Source: Candidatus Zixiibacteriota bacterium (GTDB lineage Bacteria; Zixibacteria; MSB-5A5; UBA10806; 4484-95). Taken from it: DNA of 64,000 bases. The translations under genes were made by a program, and so were the position numbers. Below the pieces are notes generated by a model. That model was not told where the DNA came from and made no database searches. It saw only the letters and a program-made list of their open reading frames with translations. The stretch covers positions 94,854 through 158,853 of the forward strand of contig JBBIRK010000002.1 in assembly GCA_037441845.1 (NCBI GenBank), given 5' to 3'. Of this stretch, positions 1 through 9,406 are shown piece by piece (within the stretch, counting starts at the first letter, position 1; each line of letters opens with the position of its first letter).

Positions 1-923
1 CGTCCCGTACTTCAATCGAATTATCAGGCAACTCGATTGTATAACGGTAATGACCGGAGTAGTATATGGAGTAGCGCATATGGACAATTCGTCAATCAGC
101 CGATTAACTCGATTCCCTGAAACGAATGGACCCGATACTCTTTTTCTTGCGCCTTGCCCGTGACCGAAATTCTATAACATGCGTTGCCGGAAAAAGCGGA
201 TTCGACGATGACTCGGCTTTTGGCATCGCAACAAAAAAATCGCCGCCAAAGGACGATTCCTGAACTGCTGTAAAAATGGGGATCGGCCTCTGGCCGCCCG
301 GATTAAAATTCAGTCAAATCAGATAGACCCAGTTTGCTATTGACGTCTGCTGCCCTGTTTATGAAATCGCTTGCATAAAGAGCCTTTGCCATATGTTTCT
401 GCCCAATTCGGCCTTCGACGCTGCATGGTTAAGCGGCCGTAACTTATTATCATACATCTTGATACCCGAGCTGGCAACGACCCCGATTTTTCCTGCGACA
501 CACCTGTCTCATGGCACGCAAATTGCCCCTATCGAGGACAACAGGTTTTTGGGTCTTTGACAATGCGCGGGAGTGGTGTAGGCTGGACCCTTCCAGCCAC
601 CCCGAATGATTCGGGGCATCCCCCCTCCGCCACTCCTGCGCTTGAAAAAAATGGAGTGACTGATGTTCGTGTTCAACGAGGACAATTGTATCAAACCCAG
701 GCCATATATATTGCATGGCATGATTCTCGTTTTGATACTTACGGCGATCGTACTGATCCCGCTGAATTAAGCTCATTAAAATTCATACCCGTGCCGCCGC
801 CGTTCGTATCCGAGCGCTGACTCTTCAAATCCGCCGATTAAGTTCCGCCTGAAATCGCTCGAAAATATAATATGGCGCGAAACTTTACCGTCGCCACAGC
901 GATTTATTCAATGTAGGAAGAAA

Positions 924-1937
924 TTGATGAAAAATTCCGATTTCGATAAGTTCAAGCGCGGTTTTTTGGAAAATATTTTAGGCGCGGTGGGAAATACGCC
1001 GCTGGTGCGTCTTACCAATTTAGCCCCGAAAAACGGTGTCGAGATCTACGTCAAACCGGAGTTTCTCAATCCCGGCGGTTCGATTAAAGACCGAATGGCT
1101 CTCTACATAATCGAGAAAGCCGAGCGCGAGGGGCGGCTGAAACCGGGCGGCACCATAGTGGAAAACACCTCCGGCAACACCGGGGTCGGGTTGGCCATCA
1201 TCGCCGCGGTGAAAGGTTATCGCACCATATTCACCATACCCGATAAAATGTCTACCGACAAAATCAACATGCTCAAAGCGTTCGGCGCCGAGGTTGTGAT
1301 CACCCCCACGGATGTCCCGGCCGATTCGCCGCAGAGTTATTACTCCATGGCGCGCAAGATCGCCGCCGAAACACCGAATTCGCTTTACGTAAATCAATAT
1401 CACAACCCGGATAATATTGAGGCCCACTACACTCTAACCGGACCGGAGATTTATGCACAAACCAATGGCAAAATCGATTATTTCGTGGCCGGTATCGGCA
1501 CCGGCGGCACGCTTTCCGGAGCCGGGCGATACCTTAAAGAAAAAATCCCCGGCATCAAAGTGATCGCCGTGGATCCAATCGGCTCGATCTATTACGACTA
1601 TTTCAAACATGGCAAAATGATCCAGCCTCATGTTTATAAGGTCGAAGGGATCGGTGAGGACATGCTGGCGGAGGCGATGGATTTCTCGGTCGTCGATGAC
1701 ATAATTCAAGTGAACGACCGCGATTGTTTTTTCACCGCCCGCGAGCTCACCCGCCGCGAGGGATTGTTCGCCGGCGGTTCCTCGGGTGCGGCCGTCTGGG
1801 CCTCGCTGAAATTGGCGGGGACAATCAGGGCCCCGGCCACGATCGTCACCGTTCTCCCCGATTCCGGCAACCGTTACCTGTCGAAAATATTCAGCGACGA
1901 TTGGATGAAAGCCAACGGCTTCCTGTCAAATGGCTGA
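924..1937 (+). CDS. PLP-dependent cysteine synthase / cystathionine beta-synthase family enzyme (Trp-synthase beta superfamily)
   Basis: 337 aa. N-terminus GNTPLVRL and SIKDRMAL (PLP lysine motif), and glycine-rich GNTG and GTGGT loops typical of CysK/CysM/CBS. It overlaps the downstream PLP lyase gene by 8 nt. Confidence 0.8.
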   Translation: MMKNSDFDKFKRGFLENILGAVGNTPLVRLTNLAPKNGVEIYVKPEFLNPGGSIKDRMALYIIEKAEREGRLKPGGTIVENTSGNTGVGLAIIAAVKGYRTIFTIPDKMSTDKINMLKAFGAEVVITPTDVPADSPQSYYSMARKIAAETPNSLYVNQYHNPDNIEAHYTLTGPEIYAQTNGKIDYFVAGIGTGGTLSGAGRYLKEKIPGIKVIAVDPIGSIYYDYFKHGKMIQPHVYKVEGIGEDMLAEAMDFSVVDDIIQVNDRDCFFTARELTRREGLFAGGSSGAAVWASLKLAGTIRAPATIVTVLPDSGNRYLSKIFSDDWMKANGFLSNG

Positions 1938-3111
1938 AGGAAATAATTCGATGAGCGACAAGCGACAACGATTCGAAACCAAGGCGATTCACGCCGGCCA
2001 GCCGCCGGATCCCGCAACCGGCGCGGTAACCGTGCCGATATATCAAACCTCGACTTACGTGCAAACCGGGCCCGGCGAACACAAAGGATACGAGTATTCG
2101 CGAACCGACAACCCGACCCGTCGCGCATTCGAGGAATGTATCGCCGGCCTCGAGGAGGGACGATTCGGAATCGCTTTCGGATCGGGAATGGCGGCGATCA
2201 GCACCTGCATGAACTTGCTAAAAAGCGGCGATCACGTGGTTTGCTCCGATGACGTCTATGGCGGCACTTTCAGAATTTTCGACAAAGTATATCGTCAATA
2301 TGGCCTCGAATTCAGCTATGTCGATACCTCCGACAACGCCGCCGTCGAATCGGCTCTGACCGGAAAGACCCGCATGATATGGGTCGAGACCCCCACCAAC
2401 CCGATGCTGAAAATCACCGATATTGCCGCCGTGGCCGAACTTGCCCATAAGCGCCGGCTGATTTTCTGCGTCGATAACACTTTCATGTCGCCTTATTTCC
2501 AGAGGCCGCTTTCGCTGGGGGCGGACATCGTCGTGCATTCGACCACCAAATATCTGGGCGGCCATTCGGACATCGTCGGCGGCTGTATCGTAACCTCGAA
2601 CTCCGAATTCCACGACCGCCTTCGTTTCTGCCAAAACGCCGTGGGCGCGGTGCCCGGGCCGATGGATTGTTTTTTGGCCCTGCGAGGATTGAAAACGCTG
2701 GCGGTGCGTATGGAACGCCATGAACAAAACAGCCGCAAGATCGCCGCATACCTTCAAGGCAAAAAAGAAATCAAACGATTGTATTATCCGGGCTTGAAAA
2801 CGCATCCCGGGCACGAGCTCCATTCCCGGCAGGCGACAGGTTACGGAGCGATTATCTCGTTCGATCTGGGCGATGACCTGAAAACGGCGGTGGCATTTCT
2901 GAAATCGCTGCGCCTTTTCTCTCTGGCCGAATCGCTGGGGGGAGTAGAATCTTTGGCGGAGCACCCGGCGATCATGACTCATGCCTCGGTCGAACCGGAA
3001 ACCCGACGCAAGCTCGGCATCACCGATGGTTTCATCAGGTTGTCGGTCGGGATCGAACATTGCGATGACCTTTTAGAGGACCTCGAAAACGGTTTCGCGG
3101 CCATAAGTTGA
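1930..3111 (+). CDS. Cys/Met-metabolism PLP enzyme (cystathionine gamma-lyase / gamma-synthase family)
   Basis: 393 aa. The translation has ETKAIHAG, TVPIYQTSTY and HSTTKYLGGHSD (PLP-lysine region), as in MetB/MetC/MccB. Translationally coupled to the upstream CysK/CBS-like gene. Confidence 0.85.
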   Translation: MAEGNNSMSDKRQRFETKAIHAGQPPDPATGAVTVPIYQTSTYVQTGPGEHKGYEYSRTDNPTRRAFEECIAGLEEGRFGIAFGSGMAAISTCMNLLKSGDHVVCSDDVYGGTFRIFDKVYRQYGLEFSYVDTSDNAAVESALTGKTRMIWVETPTNPMLKITDIAAVAELAHKRRLIFCVDNTFMSPYFQRPLSLGADIVVHSTTKYLGGHSDIVGGCIVTSNSEFHDRLRFCQNAVGAVPGPMDCFLALRGLKTLAVRMERHEQNSRKIAAYLQGKKEIKRLYYPGLKTHPGHELHSRQATGYGAIISFDLGDDLKTAVAFLKSLRLFSLAESLGGVESLAEHPAIMTHASVEPETRRKLGITDGFIRLSVGIEHCDDLLEDLENGFAAIS

Positions 3112-3176
3112 CCATATCGAAAAATCAGCCTCCTTGACAATCGACGCTCGTGCGGTTTAATTTACACTGAAGATCC

Positions 3177-3926
3177 ATGGAATACCGAAAAGTCGATCTG
3201 ATGGCGATCGGGGCGCATCCCGATGACGTGGAGGTGGGGTGCGGCGGCCTGCTCATAAAAATGGCCGATCGGGGATACGCCACAGGTCTCGTTTACTTGA
3301 CTCGCGGCGAAATGGGCACCGGCGGCACTCCGGAAATCCGACGGCAGGAAGCCGAGGAAGCGGCGGCGATCATGGGGGCGCCGATCCTGGCCACGTTCGA
3401 TTTCGGCGATTGCCGGGTAACCGACAATTACGAGGCGCGCCTTGCGGTGGCTCAGTTGATCCGGCGCCATCGGCCGCGTATCGTTCTTGCACCCTACTGG
3501 CAGGGCGGCCATGGCAAACGCCAGGGACATCCCGATCATCTGGCCGCCGGTCAGATAGCCATAAACGCCGCCAATTACGCCACGTTCAAGAAACTGCCGA
3601 TACCCGAACCGATCTATAAAATCGGGGCCATGTATCACTATTTTCTGCCGCCTGAAGTCCCACCCACGTTCGTAGTCGATATCACAGCTCAATTCGATCG
3701 CTGGATGGCGGCCTTGAAAGCCCATCGCTCGCAATTCCTCAACCCCGAAAAAGACCGCGATTATATCTGGAGCCTAGAATCGATGGCTCGCGCCGCCGGA
3801 CATCTTATCGGGGCCAAATACGCCCAAGCCTTCGGTATCGGCGAACCGCTGAAAATCGAGGATATCTTCTGCCTCGTCGGCACCTGCAACCGAATCCCCG
3901 ACCGGCCCGAACCTGCGAACGATTAG
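3177..3926 (+). CDS. PIG-L/LmbE family N-acetylglucosaminyl deacetylase (BshB1-like)
   Basis: 249 aa. It has AHPDDVEVGCGG, a conserved HPDH motif and overall colinearity with my recollection of bacillithiol BshB1 and the LmbE family. Confidence 0.7.
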   Translation: MEYRKVDLMAIGAHPDDVEVGCGGLLIKMADRGYATGLVYLTRGEMGTGGTPEIRRQEAEEAAAIMGAPILATFDFGDCRVTDNYEARLAVAQLIRRHRPRIVLAPYWQGGHGKRQGHPDHLAAGQIAINAANYATFKKLPIPEPIYKIGAMYHYFLPPEVPPTFVVDITAQFDRWMAALKAHRSQFLNPEKDRDYIWSLESMARAAGHLIGAKYAQAFGIGEPLKIEDIFCLVGTCNRIPDRPEPAND

Positions 3927-4122
3927 CGATTTTTTGCCGCCGCTCACTTATCCGAGCATCATTGCGATACATCCATTATTTAAGTTGATCGACGTAAGTA
4001 AATTGAACGGCTGGACTCGTTATAACCGGAAGACTAATCGTAACATGTATAATATCAATAAATTACAATATTTTTAATGATTTATTTGATTTTTGCCGAC
4101 TTTTCTGGTAAAAGGCTGAGAA

Positions 4123-4587
4123 ATGATCGTCGAGCCCAACGACAAATACTTCATGCAGATGGCGATCGCCGAAGCCGAGCGCGCTGCGGTCGAGGGCGAA
4201 GTACCGGTGGGCTGCGTGATCGTGCACGAGGGGATGGTGATCGGCAAAGGGCATAACCGCACCGAGGCGCTCTGCGACCCGACCGCCCACGCGGAGATTT
4301 TGGCGATCACCGCCGCCGCCAATCAGTTGGAAACCTGGCGGTTGGAAAACTGCACCGCCTATTGCACGCTCGAACCCTGCCCTATGTGCGCCGGAGCGCT
4401 GGTATTGGCGCGGGTGAGGCGATTGGTTTTCGGTGCCAAAGATCCCAAATTCGGCGCTTGCATGTCGCTTTACAATATACCCCAGGATATCCGCCTTAAT
4501 CACCAACTCGAGGTCATTCCGGGTATCATGGAAGAAAAAATCGGCGAACTAATGAAGACTTTTTTCAAGACGGTAAGAAGCAGATGA
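4123..4587 (+). CDS. tadA: tRNA adenosine(34) deaminase
   Basis: 154 aa. HAEILAI and TLEPCPMCAGAL zinc-binding CDA motifs, and the typical length. Confidence 0.9.
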   Translation: MIVEPNDKYFMQMAIAEAERAAVEGEVPVGCVIVHEGMVIGKGHNRTEALCDPTAHAEILAITAAANQLETWRLENCTAYCTLEPCPMCAGALVLARVRRLVFGAKDPKFGACMSLYNIPQDIRLNHQLEVIPGIMEEKIGELMKTFFKTVRSR

Positions 4588-5033
4588 TAGGACGCGATTC
4601 GCAAAACGAGATTATCGGCCGGTCGGCTTCGATAGGTCTGGGAATCATCATGTCGGCGAACGTTTCCTGCGTGCTTGTGGGATATTTTATCGCAGGGAAA
4701 ACCACCGCGGCGATGTCGCTCGAACTTATCGTGCCGATTCTCTATGCGCTGGCGCTGGCCGATATCGGCGCCGGATTCATAGTCAAGAGTATGCTGTTGA
4801 AACCTCTCTATTCTCTGACCGCTTCCGTCGATTGGGAGGTTATCGGCAAAGTAATTACCAAAACCTCGATCGTGTTGGCGGCATTGTGCTCCGCCCCACC
4901 TCTTTATGGCTTATTGCTTGTTTTATTGGGAGGAGAATACAATCACCTGATCGGTTTTGTGATCATCAGCTTGGTGGGGTTCATGCTTCTGCGTCCGCGC
5001 GTCCGGGATCTCGAGAAAATTCGGCAAGTCTGA
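4584..5033 (+). CDS. Hypothetical integral membrane protein
   Basis: 149 aa with four predicted hydrophobic helices. Overlaps the tadA stop by 4 nt. No recognisable motif. Confidence 0.45.
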   Translation: MIGRDSQNEIIGRSASIGLGIIMSANVSCVLVGYFIAGKTTAAMSLELIVPILYALALADIGAGFIVKSMLLKPLYSLTASVDWEVIGKVITKTSIVLAALCSAPPLYGLLLVLLGGEYNHLIGFVIISLVGFMLLRPRVRDLEKIRQV

Positions 5034-5091
5034 ACTCTTATTGCCGATAAAAACTCTTTTGTAAGCCTGCCAAATCTATTATAATTGCGCC

Positions 5092-5176
5092 GGAGAGGTG
5101 CCGGAGTGGCCGAACGGGGCGGTCTCGAAAACCGTTGAGCCGCAAGGCTCCCAGGGTTCGAATCCCTGCCTCTCCG
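5092..5176 (+). tRNA. tRNA-Ser (anticodon CGA)
   Basis: Cloverleaf read by hand. Acceptor GGAGAGG pairs with CCTCTCC. Anticodon loop is CTCGAAA. A long variable arm is followed by the T-arm GGTTCGAATCC. Near-identical architecture to E. coli tRNA-Ser(CGA). CCA is not encoded. Confidence 0.85.
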
Positions 5177-5303
5177 TTTTGTTTGCCGTTCATGCGATTC
5201 TGCTCCCCGACTGGAGCAAAACTCTTGGAAAATTCGTTTATAACGATATATTATATAGGTTAACAGGGTCATTCGCCCTGCGCGGATAACTTCAGCCTGT
5301 TTC

Positions 5304-7007
5304 ATGAGCGGAATGGAAGGAATTATGACCGGAAAAATCTGGCGGAAAATGATATTTATCGCGATCCTGCTGGCAGCCGTATCGACCTACGCTTTTACCC
5401 CCTCCGGCCTGCTCGAAATCCACTACATCAACGTCGGCTGGGGCACCGCTGTCCTGGTGATCGGTCCCGACGGCACCAGAATCCTGATGGACGGCGGAAG
5501 ACCCGGAACCGGCACCGCTCATGTCGTCCCCTACATGCAATCGATTGATCTTCTGCCCGCCGACGGATTGACCTATATGATCGCCAGCCATCAACATTCC
5601 GACCATATCGCGGGATTGACCGAGGTCATCGACCGCGGCTACGACGTGCAACAGGCGATCTATTACAACGGAAGCCCCTACAGCACCAGCTACGTAACCG
5701 CTTTCCGAAACGCCGCAGCCACTACCACCGCCGGACCGATCCGGCCGATGCCGATAGGCACTGTCATTCAGCTCGGCGACAGCGCCACAGCGACCTGTGT
5801 ATGCGTGAACGGCACGGTCATCGGCCATGGTTTCGTCCCCGGTTCGCAGGCCGACGAAAACGACAGGTCTATCGGGATATTGATAAAATACGGCGATTTC
5901 GATTACCTTTTCGCAGGCGATCTGGGCGGCGGCGAAAACGACCAAGCCTGCACCGGCAGAAGCACCGATCAGGTCAATGTCGAGACTCATCTTGCGCAAG
6001 CGATCGTGCCCGGCGGCGAGTACCCGTTGGTAAGCTCATATGGCGTCGAGATTCTTCATATCAATCACCATGGAAGCGAAAGCTCCACCAACGCCGATTA
6101 CATGAATATTCTTACTCCGCGTTTCGCCTGTATCGCGGTCGGTTCCGGTCAATCGGCCGATTATATGTTCCCCCGCCGAGATGTCGTCGACAACGTCCTG
6201 CGCGCCTTGGGCTATTGTATCACCGCCCCTGCGGCGACGGTATTGCAAAACGAGGAAGGTAATCCCGCAGGCTCCCAGACCAGCTACAACGGCTATTGCG
6301 TCGGCGACATCATAATAAAGACCTCCGGCGAATATACCTATATTGTCGATGGCAGCGGCCGGGTGACCCAGGGACCCGACGAAAGAGCGCTACTGGGATT
6401 GCCGCTGACCATACCGTTCGACGAACCCCCGCCTGCTCCTGTGGTTCACGTAGTTTCTCCCAACGGCGGCGAGACCTGGATCGAAGGGTCCCGACAAATA
6501 ATCAGCTGGACGGTTGCCGATTCGAGCGGCGCCGCATCATACGCTATAGATTATTCGACCAATATGGGAATAGAGTGGTTGCCGGTCCAGCCGCGCACTT
6601 CCGGCAATCCTCAAACATTCACCTGGACCGTACCGCCGACGCCGTCGCCCGACTGTGTGGTGAGAATCACCGCCTGGAACAACAGCGATCATTACGGCAG
6701 CGACGTCTCCGATGCCAATTTCGTGATCGTCGAGGCTCCCGATTGCCGTTACCTCCTCGGCGACGTCAACGGCGACAGCTCGGTCATCGGCGGCGATATA
6801 ACTTTCGGGGTAAGATATTTCAAGGGATTCGGATCGCCGCCACCCGACAGTTGTTATCTCGACTCTACATCAAGCTGGCTTTATGTAGCCGGCGATGTCA
6901 ACGGTAATTGCGAATTCCGGGGATCGGACATGACCCGCCTGGTATCGTATTTCAAAGGCTTGGCCGAATTGAGTTACTGCCCCTTTTTCCCGCCGCCTTT
7001 GCGATAG
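5304..7007 (+). CDS. Secreted MBL-fold metallo-hydrolase with Ig-like middle domain and C-terminal dockerin type I module
   Basis: 567 aa. Signal peptide. HQHSDH (HxHxDH) metallo-beta-lactamase motif. Two DVNGD(S/N) calcium-binding dockerin repeats at the C-terminus. Confidence 0.7.
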   Translation: MSGMEGIMTGKIWRKMIFIAILLAAVSTYAFTPSGLLEIHYINVGWGTAVLVIGPDGTRILMDGGRPGTGTAHVVPYMQSIDLLPADGLTYMIASHQHSDHIAGLTEVIDRGYDVQQAIYYNGSPYSTSYVTAFRNAAATTTAGPIRPMPIGTVIQLGDSATATCVCVNGTVIGHGFVPGSQADENDRSIGILIKYGDFDYLFAGDLGGGENDQACTGRSTDQVNVETHLAQAIVPGGEYPLVSSYGVEILHINHHGSESSTNADYMNILTPRFACIAVGSGQSADYMFPRRDVVDNVLRALGYCITAPAATVLQNEEGNPAGSQTSYNGYCVGDIIIKTSGEYTYIVDGSGRVTQGPDERALLGLPLTIPFDEPPPAPVVHVVSPNGGETWIEGSRQIISWTVADSSGAASYAIDYSTNMGIEWLPVQPRTSGNPQTFTWTVPPTPSPDCVVRITAWNNSDHYGSDVSDANFVIVEAPDCRYLLGDVNGDSSVIGGDITFGVRYFKGFGSPPPDSCYLDSTSSWLYVAGDVNGNCEFRGSDMTRLVSYFKGLAELSYCPFFPPPLR

Positions 7008-7051
7008 CTATGGGCATAGTTATCGATTGACTCGTTCACGGCGAAATCTAT

Positions 7052-8011
7052 TCATTTTCGAAGCCGCGCGAGTTTTTCTTTGGCTTTGGCGATATCCTGA
7101 TTATAAATAATCGGAGCGGTGTTGATGAAATCCTCCAGATAGGTGATCGCCATACCCGTATCGCCCACCAATTCGTAAAGATATCCGAGTTGAAGTTTCG
7201 CGGCCGCGAATTCCGGCGCCACCGACAGACAATCGTAAAAATCGGATATCGCCCTCTGGTAATTCCCCTGCTGGAAATTCACCATCCCCAGATTATAATG
7301 CAATTCGGGCGAATCGCCGCCGCTTTTAATCGCCAGTGCCAGGTAGTAATTCGCCGAATCGAAATCGCCGATATCGGCCCAGTAAGCTCCCAGATTGACG
7401 AATATCTCGGGAAATTGCGCCCCACAGCTCAATGCCGATTTGTAACTCGCTCCGGCATTTTCGATGTCGCCCAAATAGTCGTAGGCGACTCCGATATCGT
7501 AAAAAACGCCTGCCGAATCTTTCGTCGCGGCCAGCGCGTGGTTAAGGTCGCTTAACATCAGCTCGTAATTGGCGAAAATCTCGTGAAGGTAAGCCCTGGC
7601 CCTCCAAGCCTCGGCCAGCGTGGAATCGCGATCGATCGCCGAATTGTAATTGCTCATGGCCAGAGCCAGATTATCCTGATAATCGTAATATCTTCCCCAC
7701 AAAAAATACACCATCGCCGATGACGAATCGATCGCCTGAGCCAGCTTCAAATATGTTTCCGCCTGAGCGAAATTGCCTTGCTCGATAAATATCTCGATAA
7801 GCTTTAACCGAGATTCCATATCGCTCGGGTCGGCTTCAGCCCGCTTCAGCAATCGGTCCAGGCTGTCGGGATCGCCGGCGTTTCCTGCAGCCGCCAACAA
7901 GACGAAGATAATTATGTTTGACAATGCTTTTGCCATTTGCCACGCCGCACGAACGGAATTATCGCTTTCCCTATGGCTTTTCCTGCGGACCACAACAACC
8001 GGCCGCTTCAA
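7052..8011 (-). CDS. Tetratricopeptide-repeat (TPR) protein, likely secreted
   Basis: Multiple 34-aa TPR-like repeats (repeated AxxYxxLG and AxxxY patterns). The hydrophobic signal-like segment begins at the internal Met at 7936, which is an alternative start. The start at 8011 would overlap the cysS stop by 4 nt. Confidence 0.6.
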   Translation of the reverse strand: MKRPVVVVRRKSHRESDNSVRAAWQMAKALSNIIIFVLLAAAGNAGDPDSLDRLLKRAEADPSDMESRLKLIEIFIEQGNFAQAETYLKLAQAIDSSSAMVYFLWGRYYDYQDNLALAMSNYNSAIDRDSTLAEAWRARAYLHEIFANYELMLSDLNHALAATKDSAGVFYDIGVAYDYLGDIENAGASYKSALSCGAQFPEIFVNLGAYWADIGDFDSANYYLALAIKSGGDSPELHYNLGMVNFQQGNYQRAISDFYDCLSVAPEFAAAKLQLGYLYELVGDTGMAITYLEDFINTAPIIYNQDIAKAKEKLARLRK

Positions 8012-9405
8012 ATTTTCCTTTTCCAGCGCACACCCGATGGCGTATCCTCGAGGATTATCCCCATGCCGTCCAGAATTTTCCTTATGCGATCCGACTCGGC
8101 GTAATTTTTCGCCCGGCGGGCTTCCTGTCGCTTCCGGATCAACTCCTCAATCTCCGAATCGAGCGCTTGCTCTTGGACATAAACGACCCCGAGCACGCCG
8201 TCGATCCGGCGCAGCACCTTTTGCAAATACGCCGAGTCTTCGACCGTGATCCGCCGGCGCGCTTTGATCGAATTTATCTCGCGGATAAAATCGAATACCG
8301 CCCCCAGCGCCGGCGAAATGTTAAGATCGTCGTCCATGGCCGTCTCGAATTCCCGCAGCCCATTGTCCGCGGCCGCCTGCACCTCGGGATTAAGGCCGGT
8401 TCCGTTTCCCTCGGCTATACTGTCACGAAAATCACGCATACGCGCAATCGCCCCCGCGGCCGCCGCCAGCGAATCGGCGGTGAAATTCAGCTGCTGCCGG
8501 TAATGAGTGGCCAAGAGAAGATAACGTATCGCCAGCGGATTGTGCCCCTTGTCGACCAAGTCCTGGATAGTAAAGAAATTCCCCTCCGACTTGGCCATCT
8601 TTCTGCCCTCGACTATGAGATGCTCGCAGTGCAGCCAGTAATTGACGAATTTGACGCCGTTTGCGGCCTCTGATTGGGCGATTTCATTTTCGTGGTGCGG
8701 GAAAATGTTATCGACGCCGCCGGTATGGATATCGAACGACCGCCCCAGATATTTCATGCTCATCGCCGAACACTCGATATGCCACCCGGGACGACCGCGT
8801 CCCAGCTCGGTGTCCCAATAAACATCGCCATCGTCTTCCGACCAGGCTTTCCAGAGGGCGAAATCCGAGGCGGTTTCTTTCGCATATTCGTCCGAATCGA
8901 CTCGCGCTCCTTCGATCAGTTGATCCAGTTTCATATGGGAAAGCGAACCATAACGGGGAAAAGAGGAAACTCGATAGTAAATGGAACCGGCCGACTCATA
9001 AGCATGTCCCTTTGCCATCAGGGACTTTATCATGGCCACCATCTCCGGGATATGCTCGGTCGCCCTCGGATATACTTCGGCGCGCTCGATATTGAGCTGA
9101 TCGATATCCCTGAAAAAGATATCGATGAACTGCCGGGTATGCTCGTTAAGCGAAACGCCGCGCGCCCTCGAGTCACGGATCGTCTTGTCATCGACGTCGG
9201 TCAGATTCATCACCTGAGTAACCCGATACCCCTTGAACTTCAAATACCTCCGTAAAATATCCTCAAAAACGTAGGCTCGGAAATTCCCGATATGAGCGGG
9301 AGCATAGACGGTAGGACCGCAGGTATACATCCGAACATGACCTTCCTCCAGCGGCTTGAACTCCTCGCGGGAACGGCTGTAAGTATTGAAAAACACGAGC
9401 GGCAT
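8008..9405 (-). CDS. cysS: Cysteine--tRNA ligase
   Basis: 465 aa. HIGN (HIGH-type) motif in CGPTVYAPAHIGN, KMSKS-type KMAKSEGN, and class I aaRS architecture. Confidence 0.9.
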   Translation of the reverse strand: MPLVFFNTYSRSREEFKPLEEGHVRMYTCGPTVYAPAHIGNFRAYVFEDILRRYLKFKGYRVTQVMNLTDVDDKTIRDSRARGVSLNEHTRQFIDIFFRDIDQLNIERAEVYPRATEHIPEMVAMIKSLMAKGHAYESAGSIYYRVSSFPRYGSLSHMKLDQLIEGARVDSDEYAKETASDFALWKAWSEDDGDVYWDTELGRGRPGWHIECSAMSMKYLGRSFDIHTGGVDNIFPHHENEIAQSEAANGVKFVNYWLHCEHLIVEGRKMAKSEGNFFTIQDLVDKGHNPLAIRYLLLATHYRQQLNFTADSLAAAAGAIARMRDFRDSIAEGNGTGLNPEVQAAADNGLREFETAMDDDLNISPALGAVFDFIREINSIKARRRITVEDSAYLQKVLRRIDGVLGVVYVQEQALDSEIEELIRKRQEARRAKNYAESDRIRKILDGMGIILEDTPSGVRWKRKI

Positions 9406-9406
9406 A

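Noticed and set aside
5177-5303. tRNA-Ser as a genomic-island integration site
   Set aside because: No direct repeat of the tRNA 3' end and no integrase nearby. The downstream MBL/dockerin and TPR genes are not obviously foreign in composition.
5292-5999. 235-aa minus-strand ORF antisense to the MBL-fold gene
   Set aside because: It overlaps a gene with clear catalytic motifs. It is Gly/Ala/Arg-rich, typical of antisense frames in high-GC DNA.
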